Origin: Mobula birostris
Taxonomy: Eukaryota
Reading direction: 5' to 3'
DNA: 64,000 bases
Assembly: GCF_030028105.1 (NCBI RefSeq)
Contig: NC_092397.1
Span: 24,500,630-24,564,629 of the forward strand
Under the pieces are notes generated by a model, which had not been told where the DNA came from, searched no databases, and saw nothing but the letters and a program-made list of their open reading frames with translations. Shown piece by piece: positions 36,844 through 48,952 of the stretch. How positions within the stretch are numbered: the stretch's first letter is position 1; the number at the start of each line of letters is the position of its first letter. The position numbers and the translations under genes are program-made.

Positions 36844-37520
36844 ACTAAAATTTAGACATTAAATTGCACACATTTTATGTCTTGTGTCTTTTACAAGAGC
36901 TAAGGTAGGGTTGGAGTATCCGGTTCATCTCCGTATAATCCCGGTGTTTTACATTCCTCCCACTGCACGTACACGGACTTGTTACCTTCAAATCCTCACC
37001 AGTCCGTCCCCACCGGTATCCATGACGAGCGGAGGATTGCTGCCTTTGCTGTTTTAGCTGTGGGTTCTGGAGTTTGTTAGTTACAGTTGGGTAACTTCTC
37101 TGAATATTATTTCAATGCGAGGCCTGAACGAGTTCATGATTGTTTCATAGAACATTTTTAAATTGCAAACTAGCCGCTGGTCACAGTTTGAGAAGAGCCG
37201 TTTGTCCATAACCTGATAACGTTTACACAGTGACCGACCGCGGGCAGAAGCAGAGGTCAGTTTTACTCGGTTCCGTTGCTGGTTGAATGAAATCAGAGAA
37301 TTGAGTTCCCAGACATTTCAATATCAACTACACTTGCATTAAATGTGCTCGGTTTCAGTAACGGGGAAATGCGAACACTCAGTCGTCAAACAGATCAGCA
37401 ATTATTTAATTTCTGATTAAATTTGAACAAGAGATTTATTTTCTGGCGGGCTTTTTCGAAATTTCAGTGTACTTTGGGGAGGAGACGGTTACTTTCTGCG
37501 CTTCTACCTTTACGGACTGC

Positions 37521-37634
37521 TGATTGGTGATTAAGGCAGTTCTTCGATTGGGACGTTTCTCTTCACCAATGAGAATAAGTAAATTTACACCAATCACAAA
37601 CATCAGTTTGCATTCTCAAAGAAGGTATAAAAAG
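37521..37634 (+). promoter_or_regulatory. H2A promoter
   Basis: Two ATTGG then two CCAAT boxes, an octamer-like GTTTGCAT, and TATAAAAA near 37626. Confidence 0.75.
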
Positions 37635-37697
37635 GGCGAGTTGGGGCGGGGCGAACATTCTTTCATTCTCAGTGGAGCAGTTGTTGTGATTGTGGAA

Positions 37698-38081
37698 ATG
37701 TCTGGACGTGGAAAAGGCACCGCTGGCAAAGTTCGGTCCAAAGCCAAATCTCGCTCGTCCCGGGCTGGACTGCAGTTCCCGGTCGGCCGGGTTCACAGAC
37801 TCCTAAGAAAGGGCAACTATGCTGAGCGGGTGGGTGCCGGAGCCCCGGTTTATCTGGCTGCTGTGCTCGAGTATCTGACAGCAGAAATCCTCGAATTGGC
37901 CGGCAACGCGGCCCGGGACAATAAGAAAACCCGCATCATCCCCCGGCACCTGCAATTGGCCGTCCGCAACGACGAGGAGCTCAACAAGCTGCTGGGAGGG
38001 GTGACTATCGCTCAGGGCGGTGTGTTACCCAATATCCAGGCCGTGCTGTTGCCCAAGAAAACCGGCGGTGCCAGTAAGTGA
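37698..38081 (+). CDS. H2A: Histone H2A (replication-dependent, 127 aa)
   Basis: MSGRGKG...[24 protein letters not shown]...[11 protein letters not shown]; the start is the first ATG after the TATA box. Confidence 0.98.
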   Translation: MSGRGKGTAGKVRSKAKSRSSRAGLQFPVGRVHRLLRKGNYAERVGAGAPVYLAAVLEYLTAEILELAGNAARDNKKTRIIPRHLQLAVRNDEELNKLLGGVTIAQGGVLPNIQAVLLPKKTGGASK

Positions 38082-38111
38082 AGCGAAGTAAACTGAACCT
38101 ATTTACCCAAA

Positions 38112-38153
38112 GGCTCTTTTCAGAGCCACTCACAGTGTCTGTGGAAGGGCTGA
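38112..38153 (+). other. Histone 3' stem-loop and HDE (H2A)
   Basis: GGCTCTTTTCAGAGCC at 38112-38127; GAAGGGCTGA downstream. Confidence 0.93.
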
Positions 38154-38699
38154 GCAGCGGATGATTTCCGTTCAGAGTAACCGGGCAGTGTATCTGTCAC
38201 AGCCCCGACAGTTCTCTCTCCGTCACGTTTTTTTTTCGCGAAGTAAACCGATATCTACCTGCACAGAAATCGGTCCGCTTCGGTCCTGACTCATTTCCCC
38301 TCTCTGCCGGCTCAATGGAGCTCTCTCCCCTTGCGGAGAGTCAGTGGGTTCGCTCGGCCCAGGGTCATGAAATGAATTTCCAGAGTCAGCCCCCCGGACG
38401 GAGAATTTAATCTCCGATCATTGAACGATTCCGCTCTTCATGACTGAAACCGCGTTGTCTGGGTTTCACATTGCGGGTTGACCCGGGACCGTTCCGGTGT
38501 GCAGCAGGCGGGAACATCGCCTGTTCATTGCTTCATGAGAATTCCCACCGCCTCACAGAACAATAATATCTGCTGCTTTACATTTATCTACAAAACTATA
38601 TTTACCCTGTTGGAACTGACAGTATTTACTGGAAATCTCGTCCACCCAGGTCTCTGAAATATAAATGAATATTTTGCGAGAGAGTTTGGTCAGATCTCC

Positions 38700-38800
38700 C
38701 GAGAGGCTCCCTCTGTGAGGCGGTGGGTTGCTCTGAGAACAGACTTTGGTTTGTTGGGTGGGTGGGTGGGTCGAGGGCTCCAGCACCGAAGGACCCGTCA
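38700..38800 (-). pseudogene. Relic of an H4 gene 3' end (decayed stem-loop and HDE)
   Basis: Reverse complement aaccaaaGTCTGTTCTCAGAGCAacccaccgcctcacagagggagcc aligns to the H4 3' UTR aaacaaaGGCTCTTCTAAGAGCCacccaccgcctcacagacggagcc. Confidence 0.75.
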
Positions 38801-39029
38801 CTTGTCGAGTCTGATTTCCCACAAAGAGGTTCAGTGTTGCCCTGTCTCTGGTAGGAACTTCGAAATACTGATTGAGAAAAATCTCCTGGGCACACTGAAT
38901 AAATTCTGATCCACCAAACCCTTGGCATTACGGCTGTCCCAGTCAGCGTGAGAGAAGTTGAAATGTCCCTCTATTACAACCTTGTTGACTCCTGATATTT
39001 GATGACCAATAATACAATCCCATCAAAAC

Positions 39030-41990
39030 CCTAGAACACCACAGCACAGTACAGGCCTTTCAGCCCTCGATGTAGTGCCGACCCATAGATTCCTTTCAAA
39101 AAAGTACTAAACCCACACTACTCCGTAACCCTCTATTTTTCTTTCATCCATGTGCCTGTCCAAGAGGCTCTTAAATTACCCCTCATGTTTTAGCCTCCAC
39201 CACCGTCCCTGGCAAGTCATTCCAGGCACCCACAACCCTCTTTAAAAAAAGAACTACCCCTGATGTCTGCCCTAAACTTCCCTCCCTTGACTTTGTCCAT
39301 ATGCCCTCTGGTGTTTGCTATCCCTTCCTTACTTCAATATTATTGGGACAATCTCCAAGTACCACTGAGATGTTCTCCCTGATCAAGCACATCTCTCCCT
39401 CCTCTTCCCTGCACTCCATCATACCTGTAGCATTTGTACTGTGAAATGTCACAGGTATTTGTAGCATTTGTTGCCCCTCACACAACCATTTATCGTTCGG
39501 GATATAACACTCCAGCCTCGTGCATGAATCCATGCCCAGAGGCCATCTGCTGTTCATAAACACAGGACAGTACAGGGGTGGCACTTTGGCCCTTCTCTAC
39601 ATATTCCTGTGCCTGTCTAACATTTCCTTAAATACTCCTGTGTTCTCTGCCTGTACCACCACCCCTGACAGTGCATTCAAAACCTCCACTACTCTGTTTT
39701 CTTCACTTCCTTCCTCTGACCTTAAATACATGTCAACTAGTAGAAGGCAATTCACTCCTGTGAAAAGTATTGCTAGCTATCTACACCAACTATGACCTGC
39801 AAAATTCTATAAATTTCTATCAACTCGCTCCTGAGCCGATGCCACGACAGAAAAAAAGCTTCAGCATGTCCAGCCTCTCCTCACCGCACACCACCTCCAG
39901 ACCAGACATCCTGGTAAACCACCTCTGCACCTGCTCCACAACCTCCACACGCTTCCAATAATGAGGTGACCAGAACTGAGCACTGTACTCTCAATGTGGC
40001 CTCACCAGCTTTTAGAAACCTGTAACATAATGTCCTGGTGCTTGAACTCAATGCCTTGCCTGATGAAGACAAACATGTCATACACGACTTCACCTCCCTG
40101 TCAACCTGTGCTCGCAGTTTCAGTGAGACTGTATGCATGGACCCCAACATCCTTCTCTTTGTCAATACTGTCAATGTTCCTGCCATATCAGCAACCGTTC
40201 GATATCCTGCTGTATCGTTTGGAACTCTTCTGTGCAATGACAGTGCCACCAGTCTGTGTGCCATCTGCCAACTTACTCACCTACACAACCACATCTTTTA
40301 TCCACATCATTTATATCACGAACAACCGATATCCCAGTACAAACGTCTCTGGTTGACGACTCATCACAGACCTCCACCCAGAACAGGACCCATGCACCAC
40401 TAACCACTCCCTTCCATGGGAAAGACAATCAGCCACATCACTGTGGACCCATCCTAAACTCCTTGTTGAGCCTACCATGTGGGACCTTGTCGAACACCTC
40501 ACCCTGTTTGATTTCAGCTTCCTAAACCTTACAAATGCTTTTTCCTCCTCCTTGACTAAATTAATTTCCTCTCTCATCATCCAAGGTTCCTCTACCTTGC
40601 TGACTTTGACCCTCCCTCTCACTGGAACAAACTGGCCCTGAAACACTGTGCAGCTGGTCTTTAAAAAAACTCCATGTCAGATGTGGATTTGCCTCAAAAT
40701 CCATCCTTACAGCATTACTGTGCATGACATCAAACTCAGCTTCAATCTCTCCATTCAGTGACTGGTGTTCCGGTTCACATCCCCCTGTCAATCTCGTTTC
40801 AGCCTTCCCAGGGAGCAGCGATGAACCTCATGATACTGACCCGCCTCCAGTGAAGGTGCAAACCATCCCTCTTGTACAGGTCACCAGAAGAGGTTCCAAT
40901 GATCCAGAATCCTGAAACCTGCCCCTGCACCAGCTCCTCAGCCACACATTCATCTGCTCTAACTTTCTGTCCCTAACACCACTACCACACAGCACTGGGA
41001 TTTACCCGGAGATTACAACCCTTCAGGTCCCGCTCTTTAACTTCTTCCCTAACTCTCTATATTCACTGTGTGGCACCTCTTCCCTCTTCTGCCTGTCTGT
41101 TAGAAACTGACATCAACCACCACCTCCAGCTCAATGAACACTGACCCCCCGGTTCTGTATCTGCTCTGAGACGTCCCTGACCCTGGCGCCAGGGAAGCAA
41201 CACACCATCCAGAATCTCTCACTGACCTCCACCAACTCATCTATCCATTTACCCAGAACGATCACCCTGGCTGACGGCCCTCACCCCGTAAGCTTCAGAG
41301 CCAGTCTCAGTGACAGGACATCCCCCAGCAGTAGCAAAAAGAGGTTCAGTGTTGCTGAGGGGAATGGCCACAGGAGCTTGCTGTACTGAGGGCCTGTTCC
41401 CGTTACCTCTCCTTGCAGTCACTCAGCTACCTGCTGCCTGTACCTCAGGAGAGACCACCTCACTGAAACTCCAATCTGTAATGCACTCAGTGCCCTGTCT
41501 GGTCCTCTGTATGTCCATCTTCAGCTCCACTTCCTTCATACAGTCAGTGAGGAGCTGGATCTGGGTGCACATCCCACGGTGTAGTCCTCAGGGACACTGA
41601 GAGTCTCCTTTGTATCACAAGGCCCACAGGGTGAACACACAAGTGCCCCAGCTGATTACTCCACTGTCCTCATTCTGAAAGTAAAGTAGGAAAGCACAAC
41701 TTCTCAGATCTTAACAGTCTGTCTTTTCAGCCTCCTCTCACTGAAGCCTCTCAAGCAAACGCTTCAACTCCCCAGCGTTACATTAAATCTTGCCTCATCG
41801 TTGTGGGCCAAGGGACCTGTCCTGTACTGTTCTATGTTCTTCTACCTATGTACTAAATTTTAGACATAAGTGTTATGGGGAAAGGCTTTTCACTGTCTGT
41901 GCTAATAACACCCCTCACAATCTGGCACACCCTCTCAGATTCTGCTCCTTTCTGAGGAAAGGAAACTCAAGCCATCCAATCTCACATCAT
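39030..41990 (-). mobile_element. Multiple decayed CR1 fragments (3' ends, RT, ORF1)
   Basis: CR1 tails; FQGQFVPVR..EPWM.RE and LV.P.LE motifs; ORF1 remnants near 41150-41620. Confidence 0.65.
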
Positions 41991-41999
41991 TGATTGGAA

Positions 42000-43860
42000 G
42001 GGGACACTAGCAGGGATGACGGCAGAGTTGCAGTGGCTCGAATTTCTGGGAAAAAGTTGGATGGTGCAGGACAGATAGTTCCCTTGTAGAAGTAGTAGTA
42101 TTCTACAGTCAGGATAATGCAGATTTGACAATGGAAATCTTTATCCAACATATAAGCCAAAGACAAAATTAGAGCGAAAATTAGTGGGAAGTTAAGAGAA
42201 CTAGGAAGCTTTTTAAAACCAACAAAGTCAACTGAAAAGCCATAACGAGGGGTAAAAGATGGAATACAAAGGTCAGCTAGCCAATAGTAGTAAAGAGGAT
42301 ACCAAACATTTACTCAGATATATGAAGAGCAAAATGGAATTGAGAGTTGATATCAGAGCGCAGAAAGCTGATGCTGGAGAGGTAGTAACATGGTTCAGGG
42401 AAATGACAGACAAACTGAGTAAGTATTTTGCATCAGTCTTCACTGTGGATGACAAAAGCAGTATGCTGGAAGTTCAAAAGAGTCAGAGGGCAGAAGTGAG
42501 AGAAGTAGCCATTACGAGAAGGTGTTTGTGAACCTGAAAGATCTGAAGGTAGATAAATCACCGGGACCAGATTGTCTACAACAGTGCTATGAAAGTGCTG
42601 CTTGAAGAGATTGGGGAGGCATTTGAAATGATTCTCCAAGAATCACTGGATCCTGGCATGGTTCCAGAGGACAGGAAAATTGCAAATGTCAGTCCACTCT
42701 TAAAGAAGGGAGGGAAGCAGAAGCTAGAAAATCACAGGCCAGTTAGTCTGACCTCAGTGATTGCAGAGATGTTGAAGTTGATTGTTAAGGCCGTGTTTTG
42801 GGGGTACTTTAAGGCACATGATAAGCTGTAGTCAGCATGGTTTCCTTGAGAGAAAATCTTGGCTGCCAAATGTGTTGAAATTCTTTGAAGAAATAACAAG
42901 CAGGATAGACAACGGAGAATCAGTGGATGTTGTTTATTTGGATTTTCAGTAGACATTTGACAAGGTGCTGCACATGAGGCTGCTTAACAAGTTAAGAGCT
43001 CATGATGTTACAAGAAAGATACAGGCTGATTTCCAGGAGTCAGAGTGGTAATAAAATGAGCCTTTACTGGTTGGCTGCAGTGTTCTACAGGAATCATTTT
43101 TAGGACAGCTTCTTTTTAGGCTCTATGTCAATAATAATTTGAATAGCGAAATTGATGGCTTTGTGGCCAAGTCTGAGGACATTACAAAAATAGGTGGAGG
43201 GGCAAATAGTGCTGAGGAAGCAGAGAGGCTAGAGAAGGTCTTAGACAGATTACGAGAATGGATAATTATTGGCAGATGGGATACAGTGTCGAGAGGACTA
43301 GAATAGAAGAGCCAATGATGTAATGTTGAGGCTTTATAAGGCTCTGGGAAGGGCTCACTTGGAGTATTCTGAGCAATCCTGGGCCCCTTATCTAAGAAAG
43401 TGTGTGAAGGTTCAGAGGACATTCACAAGAATGACTCTGGCATTGAAAGGGTTAATATATGAAGACCATTTGATTGCTCTGGGCCTGTACTCACCAGAAT
43501 TCAGATGAATGAGAGGAATCTCATTGAAACCTCTTGAATGTTGAAAGGCCGTGGTAGAGTGGATATGGAGATGATGTTTCCTATGGAGGATCAGAGGCAT
43601 GGCCTCAGAATAGAGGGACATCCAGTTAAACAGAGATGAGGAGGAATTTCTTGCCAGAGAGTGGAATTCATCACCAGAGGTGACTGTGGAGACCGTCATT
43701 GAGTATATTTAAAGCAGAGGTTGATAGTTTCTTGATTCGTCAGGGCATAAATGATTACAGGGACTAATCAGGAGATTGGGGCTGATAGGGAAATGGTTGA
43801 AATGGCAGAGCAGACTCACTGGGCCAAATGGACTAATTCTGCTCCTGTATTTTATGGTCT
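42000..43860 (+). mobile_element. CR1 LINE ORF2 (RT to 3' end), decayed
   Basis: VPEDRKIANVSPLLKKGGKQKLENHRPVSLTSV; LRLYKALGRAHLEY. Confidence 0.85.
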
Positions 43861-44007
43861 TACAATGGAAGAGCTCCATCCCAGACAACATCCTGGTTAA
43901 TCTGCTCTACACTGTCAGGGAGGTTCATTCTGCTCCATGGGATTGGCAGGGGGATGGGGACTGGAGCACCAGGTCACAGACTACAGTGCAATCATGTTCC
44001 TCCTACA

Positions 44008-44222
44008 CTCACAACACGCTGGAGGAACTCAGCAGGCCAGGCAGCATCCGTGGAAATGATTGGTCGACGTTTCGGCCCAGAACCCTTTGTCAGGTCCTGA
44101 CGAAGGATTCCGGCCCGAAACGTCGACCGATCTTTTCCACAGATGCTGCCCGGCCTGCTGAGTTCCTCCAGCGTGTTGTGAGTGTTGCTTTGACCCCAGC
44201 ATCTGCAGATTATTTTGTGTTT
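44008..44222 (+). mobile_element. Fold-back Penelope pLTR insertion carrying a hammerhead motif
   Basis: 14-bp TSD ATGTTCCTCCTACA (43994-44007 and 44223-44236); about 85-bp inverted arms meeting near 44095; + strand motif GGTC-CTGACGA-AGGATTCCGGCCC-GAAAC-GTC-GACC at 44093-44128. Confidence 0.85.
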
Positions 44223-46803
44223 ATGTTCCTCCTACAGTGTGTTCACCAGAACTGCACGCAGTATGTAGCGGTGTGGGAAACCAAATATCATCAAGCCGGT
44301 GCCTGACACATCTTTGTTACTCTACTATCTCTTTATTTTCTGCCATTAACTCCCGCACCATCTCCTAGACTCACTGTGCTTTACCAATTAAGCTAAAATT
44401 CTCAGCAATAAATTGATTCATATTAAACATCTCAGCATTAGTTTTTCTATCTGTCTAGCTTCATACCTTGCTCATTTCAATTTTCCACATCTTTATTGTT
44501 TTCTTTTACAAGAGGTTCATTTTCCCTCCCAATTACAGATTGTTTTCCAATCAATATTAAACAGATTAATATCAAAATATTAAACAGAACATAGTATTAA
44601 TACAAAGCTATTGGGATTACATTGTTAATGACTAGCATATGTAAATATAAACTCAGTTAACACACGGATATTAAACCTCCCAAAAATTCTCAAAATACAA
44701 ATATAAGAAAAAAAAAGTAGAAATATCATGAAAAAAAGAAAAAAAAACAAAATGCCCCAAAGTAAAAACTAATCTAAACAATACTAATCAACTAAACTAA
44801 AGAAAAGAAAAAGACATGGGCTGTTCTGTTACATCAAATAAGACCGTTAGTGTCAATAACTCTGCCCCTCTCTCCTTATATTTGAAAGCAATAGAATAGG
44901 TTTGGAAAAGGTCAAATTACATCATATGGAAGTGTTGAATAAATGGCCTCCAGGTCTTTTTGAATTTAATAGAAGGATCATAAATGACACTTCTAATTTT
45001 TTCTAAGTTTAAACACAATATAGTTTGAGAGAACCAATGAAATGTAGTGGGAGGTGTAATCTCCTTCCAATTCAGCAAAATGGATCTTCTAGCCATTAAT
45101 GTAACAAATGCAATTATCTGACAAGCTGAAGAGGTTAAATGATTTGGTTCTATCATTGGTAAACCAAAAATTGCAGTAATAGGGTGAGGTTGTAAATCAA
45201 TACACAGAACAGTTGAAATAATATCAAAGCTATCTTTCCAATAATTTTTCAAAGAAGGGCATGACCAGAACATATGAGTTAAAGAAGCAATCTCTGAGTG
45301 AGATCTATCCCATACATGATTTATATAAGTAATAACGAGCCAGTTTATCATTAGACATATGGGCCCTATGTACTACTTTAAACTGTATCAGTGCATGTTT
45401 AGCACATACAGAGGAAGAATTAACTAATTGAAGAACTTTTTCCTATTTTTCAATTGGTAAAGTAATCTTAAATTCCCTTTCCCAACCATTCTTAATTTTA
45501 TTACATAAGTCTGGATGTATTTTCATAATTATATTATAAATAGTTGCTATTGCACCTTTCTGAAATAGATTTAAATCTAAAAGTTTTCCCAAAATATCCA
45601 TTGGATCTAGATTCAGAACGGGAGGAAGAACAGTGTTTTAAAAGTTTCTAATCTGTAAATATCTAAAGAAATAGGATCTAGGCAAATTATATTTATTAGA
45701 TAATTGTTCAAAGGACATGAAACAATTATCCAAAAATACATCAGAAAATCATAATATACCTTTGATTTTCCAAAACAAATAGGCTTGATCCATAATAGAG
45801 GGATCAAAAAAATATTAGATATAATAGGGCTTGCTAGAATAAATCGATTCAACCCAAAAAAATTTCAAAATTGGAACCATATTCGTAAAGTGTACTTAAC
45901 TGTTGGATTATCCATTTGTCGATGCAATTTAGAAAGAACAAAGGGAAGCAAAGTCCCTAAAACCCAATTACCCAGTTTCCCTTGGGATCAATAAAGTATA
46001 TCTATCTATCTATCTAAAATAGAACCCAATGAAAACCCTTGTACAGATTTACATTCAAGATTTACCCAATGTAGACTTGAAATTATGTCCGAGTCCCAGG
46101 TCCAAAATTTTAAATGTCGAATATTAATTGCTCAATAGTAAAATCTGAAGTTCAGCAATGCCAGACCACCCTCCTTTTCAGACTTCTGTAAATATTTTTT
46201 ACCTAACATAGGATTTTTATTCTGCCATATATATGAAGACATTTTAGAATCAATATTATCAAGAAAGGATTTCATAATAAAAATTGGCACCGCTTGAAAT
46301 AAATATAATAATCATCTTGATAGCATTGATCCAACCTATCAATGACAGATATTGGTGACCATTTCGTAAACAGATGTTTAATCAGATCAATTAAAGGTAA
46401 AAAATTAGCCTTAAATAAATCCAAGATATAAATATAATCTGTCCATGGATATATGCTTTAAAAGTGTCCCATAGTGTTCCGCTGGAAATTTCTTCCATAA
46501 TATTAGTTGAAAAGAAATCAATCTGTTCCTTGATAAATTTAATGAAATCCGAATCTTGAAGCAGATTGGAATTAAACCACCATTGTCCAGTATTAGGAGA
46601 TGTATCGATCAACTTGATAGAAAGTTTCATTGGTGCATGATCAGAAATGGAAATAATGTCACAGTTACAGTCAATCACAGAAGGAATTAAACGAGAATCA
46701 ATAAAAAAGCAGTCAATTCTAGAATAAGTATGATATACATGTGAGAAGAATGAAAACCCTTTATCCTTGGAGTGTAGAAATTTCCAAATTTCTGACATTC
46801 CAG

Positions 46804-47700
46804 TGTCACATCCCCCATGACGGGAATATAGAACCAGCAGAGATTGAAAACACTTTGGAGTCCGGTATTGCTACTAACTAATAATATTTATTAGTAACTA
46901 CACAATACAGTAGAATAAATGTAGATAAATCAAACAGGTTAGCAATGATTATATAAGTATATCAGTAAGTGTGGAAATATATGTATGAAAAACCAAGCTT
47001 CTTAAAGTCTAGGGGTAAAAAGATACAATCTTACAATGATGAGTAAAGTTCAGTTCAGTTCAGTTTGTGGTATGGAGAGAGAGAGGGAGAGATTTGAGTC
47101 TTCAGGTGAGCTGACGCCGTCGATCTTCTCGTTGTCCTTCGAAATCCTTTAAAGGTCACCGACTGTGACTTTAACAAAGGGGACCAGTTTTCTATGGTGG
47201 AGCTATCCCCCAGGCAAGGGTGGAGACATGGACAACTCCCCACCAGTCAACACTTTTCCTCTTTCCACTGCAAGAGCGATGGATCGATCCTCCAAATCCA
47301 CTTTTCCTGCGGGCACAACGCTCATTCAATGTCCAGAACATGTGTCGGAAGTCTATCATCTGACCTCCTATTTTATCTTCCCGTGCTGAGCCTCAGCTGT
47401 CACTCAAATAACTGCTCCTTCCTCACTCTGTGAAGAAATGCACAAGCAGGAGAACTGTCCTTGAGAAGTATCAACAACCTGTCTTCAGTCACCATAGCAA
47501 CTTACGAGCTGCTCGGTGCCATCCCTCTCTCGAACTCAGCAGAAATCCAAAAGTTAACCAGTTCTTTCTTGTGCCTTAAAGTGACAGTCCAACAGTTAGT
47601 CTCCGTCTCTCTCTCTCTTTCAAAACAAGATGTTGGTGTTAAATAACTCTCTCACTTTTCAAAAGCACAGTTCATAGAGGTAATTCAGGACCCCGTCACA
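46804..47700 (-). mobile_element. Solo LTR (897 bp)
   Basis: TG...CA termini, 4-bp TSD CCAG (46800-46803 and 47701-47704), AATAAA on the - strand near 46888; cleanly interrupts the L1 endonuclease. Confidence 0.88.
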
Positions 47701-47791
47701 CCAGATTCAATCATAAAAGAGTTCATAAGAGTAGCCAACACATTTGGTCAAGCCTGACTAGATATAGATCTATCCATCAAAGGATTTAAAC

Positions 47792-48952
47792 CAGGGGTCC
47801 CCAACCTTTTTTGCACTGCAGACTGGTTTAATATTGACAATATTCTTGCGGACCCGCCGACATCGGGCGGGGGGGCGCGCGGTCTAGGGTTGCCAATGGG
47901 CAAGAGTAGCAGTCAACTACGTTGTGTTTACCCCAAGAAAGACTACACTGACCATGAAGCCTTGTGCGGGCACCAACATGCATGCGTTTACATGCCTTTC
48001 TTTTCCACAAATCATTTTTGGCAATTCTGTTTGGGGGGAGGGGTGTTAATCACGACCAGAATATAGGTGATGAGTGGCTAATATACTCAATTTCGTTTCT
48101 AAAAGTATTTATCTAATGAATTTAATATTAAACACACAGCACATATTTTCCTCGCATGAATATAGTCATAAGCCAATTATCAGGGGAGGACAGGGGAGCT
48201 TGAAGTAAGCGTTGAACAAACTTCCAGTAGAAGTGGTAGAGGCAAGTTCGATATTATCATTTAAAGAAAAATTAGATAGGTATATGGACAGGAAAGGAAT
48301 GGAGGGTTATGGGCTGAGTGCAGGTCAGTGGGACTAGGTGAGAGTAGCGTTCGGCACAGACAAGAAGGGCAGAGATGGCCTGTTTCTGTGCTGTGATTGT
48401 TATATAGTTATTTAAGTCACTTATAAGTCAATGGCATCATATCATTTTAAGTAATGTTTGGATATTAAACACAGCACATATTTTCCTCATAAGAACATAC
48501 AAAATCATTGCTACACACCAATATCGCTGAATCAGTGGGAGCCCTGGGCTTGTTCCCGACAACAAGTCAGTCCTATCGAGGGGTGATGGGTGGCAGCAAT
48601 ACTCGAAGGGGATTCTTTACATCCCACCTATTCCGCGATTTAGTTTTTGTTGCATTCATTGCAGAGATATGTTGGAAATGGAAGCAACATTTTCAGTGCT
48701 TTCATAGCTATCTCAGGATATTTGGCCTCGACTTTGATCCAGAATGCCGGCAGAGATGTTATGTCAAACATACTTTTCAGCCCACCGTCATTTGCAAGCT
48801 CGAGGAGTTGATCTCCTTCCCGCGCTGACATGGATGACGCGCGGGTAATGGCCTCGTGTGCATTCAAGCTCAACAGTGGGCGTGACATGGAATGAGGAAA
48901 GGTGCAGCTGATTCATATCGTTTACTCGCGGCCCGGTGGTTGGGGACCGCTG
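47792..48952 (-). mobile_element. Non-autonomous hAT (Charlie/Buster-like) DNA transposon
   Basis: 15-bp TIR CAGGGGTCCCCAACC (14/15 match), 8-bp TSD ATTTAAAC (47784-47791 and 48953-48960), transposase C-terminal fragment FWIKVEAKYPEIAMKALKMLLPFPTYLC. Confidence 0.93.

Noticed and set aside
37524-37697. 58-aa N-terminal extension of H2A in the ORF track
   Set aside because: The upstream starts lie before the TATA box, among the CCAAT boxes; the canonical start is 37698.
37698-38081. H2A.X or another variant H2A
   Set aside because: No C-terminal SQ(E/D)Y motif; a stem-loop is present and the core is canonical.
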